Positions 1 through 8,434 of a DNA stretch of 25,423 nt are shown piece by piece. Made by a program: the position numbers and the translations under genes. The notes under the pieces are model-generated. The model saw nothing but the letters and a program-made list of their open reading frames with translations, was not told the DNA's origin and searched no databases. This stretch comes from an uncultured delta proteobacterium (GTDB lineage: Bacteria > Desulfobacterota > WTBG01): positions 1 to 25,423 of the forward strand of contig CAWCBP010000005.1 in assembly GCA_963793865.1 (NCBI GenBank). Direction: 5' to 3'. Within the stretch, counting starts at the first letter, position 1. Each line of letters opens with the position of its first letter.

Positions 1-34
1 TGCTCTATGTAGAAAATCTCCTACCATTAAATTA

Positions 35-64
35 AAGGCGGGAAGCTTTTCGGCCGCCCGCCTT
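35..64 (-). terminator. Putative intrinsic terminator after the MesB-like gene
   Basis: Inverted repeat AAGGCGGG (35-42) / CCCGCCTT (57-64), 25 nt past the stop codon of the minus-strand gene, followed on the minus strand by TAATTT. Confidence 0.55.
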
Positions 65-89
65 ATCAATTCATAAAAATCAGACATAA

Positions 90-1115
90 TTACGCAAGAT
101 GGTGTTTCCGACGGAGCCGTTCAGACAGTATCCTGGTAATGGAAAATGCCTTTTCCACGGTCGCTTCACGGTCAGGGTTTACCAGGCAGCAGGTGGCGGG
201 AGAAAGCATGCTCCGTTTCAGAAGATATTCGAGATCAATCCCCTGCTTTGTCAATTTCGCCCATAAGTTCTCAAGCAGTTTTTCCAGAGATTCGATGCTT
301 TCTTTCTCAAATGGTTCAATGTTGGTGGGAATGCCGCCCCAGATAATTATGCCTCCCCGGTCCAGAAATCTGCGGATGGAGCGCGCATAGGCAGTGAATA
401 TCTCACCGTTGCTGTAGGTGTCGAGTGACAACACATCGATGTCGAGATTGAGCAGAAAATCCCAGTCAGGATTACCGCAGAGGTGAATGCCGCGCGGGCG
501 TTCCACCAGCGAAAAAAACGTTTCCAGGTCACGCTTTGCCGCAACATCGCCATACCCTGACATGCCGCTGAAAACAAACTGCAACCCCGGTTCGTCGATA
601 AACATGAAGGCATGAGGATGACGCTTCTTAAGCTTGGCAAGCTGAACATTGACCCGCCGCGCCATAAAATCAATCATGAATGGACGGACGGTATCGTCGA
701 AAATGATCGGCCGTCCGTCCTGGTCGTTGACATTAAAACCAAAACTTACCGGCCCCTCAAGCTGTCCCCGAATGGCCGCCCGGCCAGTGAAATCGAGACC
801 CAGGAACCGGTGATATACTGACGAATAGGTTTCGCTTATATCAAAGTACTCCGGCTCTTCAAAATGAGCCATGGCCCCCTCAATCTCCTTGACAAACTTA
901 TCAAAGGAAAAGCGCAGCGTCCGTTCCTGCATGTTCAAAACGATCCCGGGGAAATGCTCCGAGGCCTGAACATACATGTCCTCGTAATAGCTGTAATGAG
1001 GCAGTTGCGGCCAGAAGGGCACATCCAGCGAAAGTGACGCCCTGAGCGCGCGATCAACGTCGGTGTGCGGCATGACCGCCATTGCAGTGGTGAGAAGATT
1101 CCCCGGGATGCTCAT
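90..1115 (-). CDS. Single-barrel MetE-like zinc methyltransferase (core methionine synthase, MesB-like)
   Basis: 341 aa, the size of the MetE C-terminal barrel. Contains MPHTD...FWPQLP...EDMYVQ, the FIDEP motif, zinc ligands H-x-C (GIHLCGNPDW), DVLSLD (Asp at the MetE Glu position) and a C-terminal SPATCC. Confidence 0.75.
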   Translation of the reverse strand: MSIPGNLLTTAMAVMPHTDVDRALRASLSLDVPFWPQLPHYSYYEDMYVQASEHFPGIVLNMQERTLRFSFDKFVKEIEGAMAHFEEPEYFDISETYSSVYHRFLGLDFTGRAAIRGQLEGPVSFGFNVNDQDGRPIIFDDTVRPFMIDFMARRVNVQLAKLKKRHPHAFMFIDEPGLQFVFSGMSGYGDVAAKRDLETFFSLVERPRGIHLCGNPDWDFLLNLDIDVLSLDTYSNGEIFTAYARSIRRFLDRGGIIIWGGIPTNIEPFEKESIESLEKLLENLWAKLTKQGIDLEYLLKRSMLSPATCCLVNPDREATVEKAFSITRILSERLRRKHHLA

Positions 1116-1131
1116 GCCTTATTTCCAGCTG

Positions 1132-1268
1132 AAAATTTATTGTCTTGACGTGAATCGAGATTCATTTCTCTCGTTAGATAATATTATTCAGCAAAAGGAT
1201 ACTATGCAAGGATTATAATCAATAATACCGACGGCAAAGATAAAGGATATACCATCATGGGAACATCA
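1132..1268 (+). repeat. Diverged direct-repeat copy of the hcp promoter, RBS and 5' end (partner copy 22341-22479)
   Basis: Collinear shared blocks: TCTTGAC-TGAATC-AG, ATATTATTC, an identical 19-mer CAAGGATTATAATCAATAA (1207-1225 = 22417-22435), AGATAAAGGA and ATGGGAACATCA (1257-1268 = 22468-22479). Confidence 0.85.
1144..1159 (+). promoter_or_regulatory. Crp/Fnr-type (HcpR-like) box with a downstream -10 candidate (TATTAT 1182-1187)
   Basis: CTTGA-CGTGAA-TCGAG matches the box upstream of hcp (CTTGA-CTTGAA-TCAAG) at 14 of 16 positions and lies in a homologous flanking context. Confidence 0.6.
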
Positions 1269-1325
1269 GGTTTATTCGATGAAGTTTTTGGCACACCGGG
1301 GAGAAAATGTGCGGCATCGGTTTGA
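1257..1325 (+). pseudogene. hcp 5' remnant: 22-codon ORF MGTSGLFDEVFGTPGRKCAASV
   Basis: The first four codons (MGTS) are identical in DNA to the hcp start and follow the homologous RBS (AAGGA). Similarity ends after 1268 and the ORF stops at TGA 1323-1325. Confidence 0.45.
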
Positions 1326-1568
1326 TCTTCACTCGGTTCATGGGTAATCTGAGTTATATCGCACAGAGACAAGGTGTTTGACCTATCAGCCAAAAGGTGG
1401 TAAAAAACCGGCAACGGCCCATCCGTCCGGGGAAAGAGTTTGTTATTCGGCATCTTATTGCACGTCGCGTACAGTTTCCACTGTTTTATCCATGAAGTCC
1501 TTCAATAACCCGACCGCCTCCACACGTGCATTATTATAATAACGCAGAGATATGTGGAGTAGGACACC

Positions 1569-2564
1569 GTGAAAAAATTCTTTGAGGTGCATGACCGTTT
1601 CTTCCGTATTCCCTTCATGGTAGCAGCGGGTACGGCTCTGCTTGCAACTATTATTCATGGGTGCGGAATGGGCAAAAACCTGACCATGGTTGTGCAGGAG
1701 TTCCCCCGGGCTTCTACCTGCGGGCACTGCCACATTGATATTTTCAACGAATGGTCGGCATCACCTCACGCTGAGGCGTATACGAACCCGCGATACCGTG
1801 AAGCCACCGACGAATATCGATTTACCGAATGTCTTGGTTGTCACACCCCGGAACCGGCAGTGAGCAATATCACACCTTCACATCGCGCAATCTACCGGGA
1901 TGAGGGAGTGACGTGCATATCCTGTCACCTCGAAGAAGGGAAGCTGTCCGGACCATTATCCCCCACCGGGATGGTGACACCGCATCCTGTGGGGGTGGAT
2001 GCAGATCAGTATCGTGACAGTCGCTTCTGTGGTCGCTGCCATGAAGGAACGTTCGCTGAGTGGGGCACGGTTACAATGAAAGATAAGCGAACCTGCCAGC
2101 AGTGCCATATGCCGGAGCAAATACGCAAGATAACCCAGCCGGCGGGAACACTCTCCAGGTTTCTCGTCTCCTTTGAAAAGAATGTTGTACAAAAGCGCCA
2201 CACCTTTGCCGCTATTCCGGGCGAGCTCGAGATCAAACCCTATTCGCTAGAGATACGGTATCATAAAGAAAAAGCGACGATTACCGCAACCAATAATCTG
2301 CCGCATTCTCTTCCCGCCGGTGACTTCGGCATACGGATTAATGTGCTCAGTGTCTCAATAGTTGATGCAAAAGGGGATCATACCGCTATTGCTGAAAGGG
2401 AGCTCATCAAGGATCTGGGAAGTGCCATTCCACCGCAATCATCAGTTGAATGGGAAGTTGCTATCCCCCCGGAAGCGCGGGAGATTTGTGTGAGGATGAC
2501 CCGCAGGGGGTATGAAAATATTGATACGCACGAATTAATGCAGACAGTGATCCTTTTACCATGA
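1569..2564 (+). CDS. Pentaheme cytochrome c (c554/c552-like), exported, possibly a lipoprotein
   Basis: Five CxxCH motifs (CGHCH, CLGCH, CISCH, CGRCH, CQQCH), c554-type EWSASPHA context, and a hydrophobic N-terminus ending in IHG-C (imperfect lipobox). GTG start with GGAG/AGGA upstream; ATGA overlap with the next gene. Confidence 0.85.
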   Translation: MKKFFEVHDRFFRIPFMVAAGTALLATIIHGCGMGKNLTMVVQEFPRASTCGHCHIDIFNEWSASPHAEAYTNPRYREATDEYRFTECLGCHTPEPAVSNITPSHRAIYRDEGVTCISCHLEEGKLSGPLSPTGMVTPHPVGVDADQYRDSRFCGRCHEGTFAEWGTVTMKDKRTCQQCHMPEQIRKITQPAGTLSRFLVSFEKNVVQKRHTFAAIPGELEIKPYSLEIRYHKEKATITATNNLPHSLPAGDFGIRINVLSVSIVDAKGDHTAIAERELIKDLGSAIPPQSSVEWEVAIPPEAREICVRMTRRGYENIDTHELMQTVILLP

Positions 2565-4537
2565 AGAGTTTGTTTCGCCGCTTTTCTCCACTCGCCATTG
2601 CTTTCCATTGGTGCCATGGGATTCCCTATGTGGTGCTTTTTACCACCGGGACAATCATTTGTTTACAGCGGATGCTTGCCCGGGAAATCATAGAGCACGC
2701 GGTGCTGTCCCTGGTTCATCGGGTTGCAGGCATCGTACTGGTGGCAGTCCTGGCACAGCTTGCTCTTCTGCTCTTATATTCGAGAGGCCTCACGTCTTGC
2801 CTGCGGACACTTCGTGATGTGGCGGCCTGGAGAGCGCGCGACCTGATCTGGTTTTTGAAAATCCCGCTCAATGCTGTTTTCCCGGGTTTCAGCCTCCCCC
2901 CGGCGGGACGGTTCAACCCGGGGCAAAAGCTGAATATTCTGGCTGTTCTGATACTGCTGGGCGGGTTCAGTGTCTCCGGAATTTTCATGATGATCATTCC
3001 CGGTGCCCTGGGAGCCTGGGTTATTCACGCACTGCTTTTTGTGCCCGCAATCGCACTTTTCATGCTCCACCTTTTCTTTTCTCTCATCAATCCGCCAACC
3101 CGGAAGGCCTTAGGGTGCATCTTTACGGGCTATGTTTCTTTCGACTACATTGCATCCCACCATCCGCTCATGGTGCGGGGGGGAAGGGCGCGCTCTCATG
3201 GCTCGCACATATCCTGGCTTTCTGCAGTAACCGTGCTCATCCTCTTCATGCTTTTTGTGAGCGGGGCGGTGTGGACATACGGTTTTGAACAATTCAACAA
3301 CCGCATTCTCACCCTGTGGAAAAACCGTGGTACGGAAATAATATTGCCCGGAGGACTGTGCACCAGTCATGCTGATGATCCTCAAGCACACCGCTGCAGG
3401 TCCTGTCACACGCTCTTTACTTCGCTCCCCTCAGCTGCCTGCCTGTCCTGTCACCTTGATATTGTTCTGGTCATGAGTGAGCGCTCGGGTTTCCACGGCA
3501 CACTTAATGACGAATGCAGGGTGTGTCATGCTGATCATGCAGGCAGAACCGGTGACATAAGGCGGCTCGACTCGGAGCGGTTCAACCACAATCTTGCGCG
3601 TTATCCCCTCGACGGGAAACACCGCGAACTGTCCTGCGCTGCGTGTCACGGCTCTGGCGGAGGAGATGGCATCAATGAGCGCGCACGTTATATCAACCTG
3701 TGCTTTGAAGCATGCACCGATTGCCACCAGGATCCACACGGGGACCAGTTCCTCCAGACCTGTGAGCAATGTCATTCTGTCAACGGCTGGAAAGATCGGT
3801 GGCTGGTCGATGCACACGGCGGCGAAACATCATACCCTCTCCTGGGGAAACACGCTGCGGTTGAATGCGTCGAGTGTCATCCCTTGCCCGCTCCCGGAGC
3901 TGCCTTCGCTGAAGCGCGTTTTACCGGCATAGCAACAAGCTGCGAGGGGTGTCATGACGATCCCCATCGGGCGGAATTCGAGGCTGCCTGCGCAACGTGC
4001 CATACGGAAGCGGACTGGAAAGGACCGGGTCTTATTTTCACGCACGCCAGAAATAGCAGCTTCAGCATCGATGCCATTCACGGCGGCCTTCCCTGTTCCT
4101 CCTGTCACCCCGGTGACACAACACCGCAATACCGCCCTCTCTCGAAGACCTGTGAAGGATGCCATCGGGATGCAGAGATGGAGTTGCAGGGAGTTGTGCC
4201 CGCATTTGCCGGAAGATCTGATCCACATGCAAACCGCGTTGCATGCACCGAGTGTCACCGGACAGATGTTGCCTCCCCCTCACCTGCAGACTATGCCCGT
4301 GCATGCGGGGCCTGTCACAACCACCATTACGAAAAGCTTTTTTATGATTGGATGAAATCGCTCTATGAACGCGAAGTGCGGGCTGCGAAAATAGCGCAGG
4401 AATTGCGTAAGCGCAATCTCCCGGCGGCGGAGATGTTCGAAGCCAAGATGAGGGAGGCCAAGGCTGTTGGGTTGCACAATGTTTTACTTGCCCGAATGAT
4501 GTGGGATGAGATTCTGGCTTTGCCTTCCGATTTGTGA
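2561..4537 (+). CDS. Cytochrome b (FdnI/formate dehydrogenase gamma-like) fused to a 13-heme cytochrome c domain
   Basis: N-terminal TM helices with His ligands (FHW, LVHRVAG, IHALLFVPAIALFMLH) and the GRFNPGQK signature. An extra TM helix follows, then 13 CxxCH motifs with repeated YPLxGKH...CxxCH...CxxCHxDPH...CxxCH units. Confidence 0.85.
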   Translation: MKSLFRRFSPLAIAFHWCHGIPYVVLFTTGTIICLQRMLAREIIEHAVLSLVHRVAGIVLVAVLAQLALLLLYSRGLTSCLRTLRDVAAWRARDLIWFLKIPLNAVFPGFSLPPAGRFNPGQKLNILAVLILLGGFSVSGIFMMIIPGALGAWVIHALLFVPAIALFMLHLFFSLINPPTRKALGCIFTGYVSFDYIASHHPLMVRGGRARSHGSHISWLSAVTVLILFMLFVSGAVWTYGFEQFNNRILTLWKNRGTEIILPGGLCTSHADDPQAHRCRSCHTLFTSLPSAACLSCHLDIVLVMSERSGFHGTLNDECRVCHADHAGRTGDIRRLDSERFNHNLARYPLDGKHRELSCAACHGSGGGDGINERARYINLCFEACTDCHQDPHGDQFLQTCEQCHSVNGWKDRWLVDAHGGETSYPLLGKHAAVECVECHPLPAPGAAFAEARFTGIATSCEGCHDDPHRAEFEAACATCHTEADWKGPGLIFTHARNSSFSIDAIHGGLPCSSCHPGDTTPQYRPLSKTCEGCHRDAEMELQGVVPAFAGRSDPHANRVACTECHRTDVASPSPADYARACGACHNHHYEKLFYDWMKSLYEREVRAAKIAQELRKRNLPAAEMFEAKMREAKAVGLHNVLLARMMWDEILALPSDL

Positions 4538-4682
4538 TGTGAACCCGCCCGATTTTCAGGTGGCAAAGAGAATTGGTACATGGTACAAAGTACGGCAGAG
4601 GCGCCGGTAACCATTCGGCCTGTTTGCCCTCGGGGCGGAAATGATTGAAAAGGAAAGGCCACTCTTTGTCTGAGGCGGGACA

Positions 4683-6071
4683 GTGAGTAAAAAAATACTA
4701 TTTATCAACCCCGTAACCAGAGAGCAGGGAAGTCTGGTTACCGACAGGGCAACCCGTTTTCCTCCCCTTGGCCTTGTTCTTCTGGCGGCCTTGACTCCTC
4801 CTGATTGGGATGTTGAGCTCATCGATGAGAACTTCGATTCATTTAGTTTCCGGAATGCTGATCTTATTGCACTTTCAGCGATGACAGCGACCGTGAACAG
4901 GGCTTACGAAATAGCGTCCTTATATAAAAAAGAGGGGATTCCTGTGGTTTTGGGCGGTATCCATGCATCTATGAGACCTGATGAGGCCCTTTGCTATGTT
5001 GACAGCATCGTGGTCGGTGAGGGGGAGCCTGTGTGGCGGGAGTTGTTACACGACGCTCAGGCAGGAAAACTGAAAAAACTCTATAGAGGCACGAGGGCAT
5101 CAATGGACGACATTCCATTCCCCCGGAGGGATTTGCTCTCCCCCGGCTATCGTATGGGTTCCATCCAAACCGCACGGGGTTGCCCCTTCGGTTGTGAATT
5201 CTGTTCGGTAACCCTTTTCAATGGAGGAACCTATCGCTCCCGGCCAATCATGCAAGTAGTTGAAGAAATGAGAACCATCACCCAGAAGGTCGTTTTCTTT
5301 TTAGATGACAATATTATCGGACCGGATGCGCGATCACGAGCCCGCGCCGGCCTGCTTTTTGATGCCATAACGCAAAGCAGGATCAATAAGTTATGGCTGG
5401 GTCAGGCTACTGTTGACTTTGCCGACGATGAAAAACTGGTGCGGAAGGCTTATGAAAGCGGATGTCGCATTATCTTTATAGGATTTGAATCGATTAATGA
5501 AAAAAGTCTCAAAGAAATGAGAAAGCTGATGAACCTTGCCAAGGGTATTGAGCATTACGGAGAGTGCATCAAAAGGTTTCATGAGCAGGGAATTGCCGTG
5601 TGGGGCAATTTCATCCTTGGACATGACAGTGATGATCGTGCTGTCTTACAGAACACCAAGGAATTTATCATGAGAAGCGGAATTGATTTGATCAGTTTCT
5701 CCTGTCTCACGCCTCTTCCCGGAACGAGATTGTTTGAACGTCTCGACCGAGAAAAACGGATTATCTATCAAAACTATCCACACGATTGGAACCTGTATTC
5801 ATTCACCGATGTTGTTTTCAGACCGAAGCATATGACGCCGGCAGAGCTGGATTTGGGAATTAAGGAAGTAGCGGGCGGTATTTTTTCACCCTTCCAGCCG
5901 GAACGCACCCTGGTCAGATCACTGCGAGTGAACAAGAGCCTGACCTCTGCTCTCATGGCATATGCGATGAACCGGGCTTTTAAAAGAACAGCAAAGATGA
6001 TCATGGCACAGAAAGAAAAACGGTGGAGTTCCGGTTGTTCAGCACGTAAGGAGCCTGGCACAATTTCATGA
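4683..6071 (+). CDS. Cobalamin-binding radical SAM protein (class B)
   Basis: N-terminal B12-binding domain (FPPLGL, VVLGGIHAS, VVGEGE), TARGCPFGCEFC CxxxCxxC motif, FFLDDN, IGFES and TPLPGT. Confidence 0.9.
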   Translation: MSKKILFINPVTREQGSLVTDRATRFPPLGLVLLAALTPPDWDVELIDENFDSFSFRNADLIALSAMTATVNRAYEIASLYKKEGIPVVLGGIHASMRPDEALCYVDSIVVGEGEPVWRELLHDAQAGKLKKLYRGTRASMDDIPFPRRDLLSPGYRMGSIQTARGCPFGCEFCSVTLFNGGTYRSRPIMQVVEEMRTITQKVVFFLDDNIIGPDARSRARAGLLFDAITQSRINKLWLGQATVDFADDEKLVRKAYESGCRIIFIGFESINEKSLKEMRKLMNLAKGIEHYGECIKRFHEQGIAVWGNFILGHDSDDRAVLQNTKEFIMRSGIDLISFSCLTPLPGTRLFERLDREKRIIYQNYPHDWNLYSFTDVVFRPKHMTPAELDLGIKEVAGGIFSPFQPERTLVRSLRVNKSLTSALMAYAMNRAFKRTAKMIMAQKEKRWSSGCSARKEPGTIS

Positions 6072-7267
6072 AAAGGAAAATCTTACTCACCGGTGCCACA
6101 GGATTTGTAGGAAGCAATCTTTTAGCCGCCCTGCTTGATAAAGGCTTTGAGGTCATTTGCCTGATCAGAACCCGGAGGGGTGAGGGCCCCGGCAGCCGTC
6201 TATTCCGTTCTCTTGAAGGTTGTTTTTCCGGGAAGCGGCAGGTGAGGCATGCGCTGTCACAGGTTACCGTCATGCAGGGCGACATCACGAAGGAAAATCT
6301 GGGTGTAGAACCGAGTGATTATCGTATGCTTACAAAGCAAATCAGCAGTGTTTTTCACTGCGCCGCTTCAACTGAGTTTCACCCCCTCCCTTCCCGGGAA
6401 CTATGGGGGTGCAACGTTCAAGGCATGGAAAATATAATACGCCTCGCCCTGGAAGGATCGAGTATTAAGGATTTCCATTATATTAGTACGGCGTATGTTG
6501 CCGGAACCAGGGATGGTGTCATTTTTGAAGATGAACTCGACACCGGCCAGAAGTTTAATAATGAATATGAAGAGAGCAAATTTATGGCGGAGACGATTCT
6601 CAATCGATACAGGAAAGACTCCGACGTAAAGATAACCATCTACCGGCCAAGTATCATTGTCGGTCACTCATGCACGGGAAAAACCACACTCTTTAACGGC
6701 ATGTATCTTTTTTTACGCTTATTGTACCTGCTTAAAAAGCGTTATCAGACGGGCAGCAGTGCGGGAAAGACCGTAATTCCCCTGCGCGTTGTGGGAGGTC
6801 CCCAAACAACCAAAAATTTTGTTCCTATTGATTATGTGATCCGTATGGTCATGAAAATATTTGTGGACCCCCACGCCTGGGGAAAAACCTATCACCTCAT
6901 CAATACTACTCCACCCACCCTTGATCACATCAAGGTGGTCATGGAAGAGATCTTAGCCGTTGAGGGGATACAGTTTGTGAACCGGGAAGCCTTTGATCTT
7001 TCGCAGACCTCCCGGATGGAACAATGGTTCGCCAGAGAAACAGCGAGCTATAGTTCATACATGCTCAAGGAGCCCATCTTTGACGACAGGTTGGCCGGGA
7101 AACTGCGCAGCGAAGAATGGGGCAGCACCACTGTGCTTCTCGACCGGGAAGCCCTGGTGAGACTCTTTGCCTATGCAATTGACTCTCACTGGGGTAAGAG
7201 AGTGAACGGGCAATTCGATGCGATGCAGATGGAGAGAACAGTCTCTGCCCGTGCCCACAATGATTAG
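6068..7267 (+). CDS. Extended SDR of the fatty acyl-CoA / thioester reductase (R-domain) type
   Basis: ILLTGATGFVG Rossmann motif, HCAAS, YISTAYVAG, catalytic YEESK and YRPSIIVG. ATGA overlap with the upstream gene. Confidence 0.85.
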   Translation: MKRKILLTGATGFVGSNLLAALLDKGFEVICLIRTRRGEGPGSRLFRSLEGCFSGKRQVRHALSQVTVMQGDITKENLGVEPSDYRMLTKQISSVFHCAASTEFHPLPSRELWGCNVQGMENIIRLALEGSSIKDFHYISTAYVAGTRDGVIFEDELDTGQKFNNEYEESKFMAETILNRYRKDSDVKITIYRPSIIVGHSCTGKTTLFNGMYLFLRLLYLLKKRYQTGSSAGKTVIPLRVVGGPQTTKNFVPIDYVIRMVMKIFVDPHAWGKTYHLINTTPPTLDHIKVVMEEILAVEGIQFVNREAFDLSQTSRMEQWFARETASYSSYMLKEPIFDDRLAGKLRSEEWGSTTVLLDREALVRLFAYAIDSHWGKRVNGQFDAMQMERTVSARAHND

Positions 7268-7299
7268 TTCAGCAGGGATGCGATGGAGGAAAAGGGTCG

Positions 7300-7680
7300 A
7301 TGGATGAAGCACACGGCAGCCTTGTTGAGCGATACTTTGAGCAATTTCTTCCACAGGTCATCGGCAAGTCAATTTTTGCAGATCTTGATAATCTGAGTGT
7401 TGTGGTACGATTTTTTATTACAGACGGCGAACGCGGATGGACGATTAGCCTGGAGAAGGGGCAACTGATCCGGATTGAGCGGGGCTCCGCCCCGGCACAC
7501 ACCTTTTCCTACAATCTTGACGCACAGACGCTGCTCCAGGTTGTTTCGGGAACCGTGTCTCCCCAAAAGGCATTCTTTACGGGAAAAGTGAAGATACAGG
7601 GAGACACGCTCAAAGGGCTTAAACTCGCTATGATATTTGACCGGTTTATTAGGGCCTATCCATTCACGTGTGCTCTTTGA
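7300..7680 (+). CDS. SCP2 sterol/lipid-carrier domain protein
   Basis: 126 aa with the C-terminal SCP2 signature G-x-x-SPQKAFFTGKVKIQGD. Confidence 0.8.
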   Translation: MDEAHGSLVERYFEQFLPQVIGKSIFADLDNLSVVVRFFITDGERGWTISLEKGQLIRIERGSAPAHTFSYNLDAQTLLQVVSGTVSPQKAFFTGKVKIQGDTLKGLKLAMIFDRFIRAYPFTCAL

Positions 7681-7720
7681 GCACATGTCACTGTGCGGTG
7701 ATCCATTGGTACCTGATAGC

Positions 7721-8434
7721 ATGGCAATGGTTATCGAGGAAAATGTTTCTTTTATCTCGGATGGGCTCGCATTAGAGGGCGTCCTGAGTTATGACCAAGA
7801 GCTCTCTCACGCTCCCGGAGTCATTCTGTGTCCGCCTCACCCCCATTTGGGGGGAGACATGAATAATAATGTCATCATGGCAGTTCAGAATGCCCTGTCC
7901 CGCGCTGGTGTCATAAGCCTGCGATTCAACTACCGTGGCGTGGGCAACAGTCAAAGAGCCGGGGTTGATGAAAAAGAGGATCTTAAAGCCTTTTGGGAAA
8001 ACTCCTGGGCACCGGATGATGAAGCGAAAGAACAGGATGTGTTGAGTGCTATTAATTTTCTGCGGGGAATACAGGGATTAATTCATGATCAGGTTTTCCT
8101 GGTAGGTTATTCCTTCGGGTCGTATCTTGCTCTGAGAGCTGCAGAAAAGTGTCCAATGGTAAAAGCACTGGTATTAATATCACCCACTGTCCATTTCCAT
8201 GACTTCACCTATCTCAATTATTCCTCCATTAACAAGCTTGTTGTTAGCAGCAATAATGATTTTTCCTGCCCACTGGAAGAACTGATGCGCGTGTATGATG
8301 GTTTTTCCTCTCCTAAAGGCTTATATCTTGTTGATGATGCAGACCATTTCTTCATTGGCTGTGAAGACACGGTGAGTAAAAGGATTGAACAGTTTATAGT
8401 GGAGCAGCATGCGGGGGAAACGGCCAATGGATAA
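7721..8434 (+). CDS. Alpha/beta-fold hydrolase (COG2945-like)
   Basis: CPPHPHLGGDMNN, LRFNYRGVG, nucleophile GYSFG, NDF and ADHFF. The start is uncertain (in-frame ATGs at 7685, 7721 and 7727). Confidence 0.85.
   Translation: MAMVIEENVSFISDGLALEGVLSYDQELSHAPGVILCPPHPHLGGDMNNNVIMAVQNALSRAGVISLRFNYRGVGNSQRAGVDEKEDLKAFWENSWAPDDEAKEQDVLSAINFLRGIQGLIHDQVFLVGYSFGSYLALRAAEKCPMVKALVLISPTVHFHDFTYLNYSSINKLVVSSNNDFSCPLEELMRVYDGFSSPKGLYLVDDADHFFIGCEDTVSKRIEQFIVEQHAGETANG

Noticed and set aside
1202..1733. Minus-strand ORFs 1202-1453 and 1455-1733
   Set aside because: They have no recognisable motifs and overlap the duplicated promoter and the cytochrome start, so they are probably spurious.
3580..4170. 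Repeats in the 13-heme cytochrome as a DNA repeat array
   Set aside because: They are protein-level heme-binding repeats with diverged DNA, not CRISPR or tandem DNA repeats.
4538..4682. Cobalamin or c-di-GMP riboswitch ahead of the B12-radical SAM gene
   Set aside because: Only short fragments (AAGGAA, GCCACT) resemble the consensus; the ordered core elements are missing.
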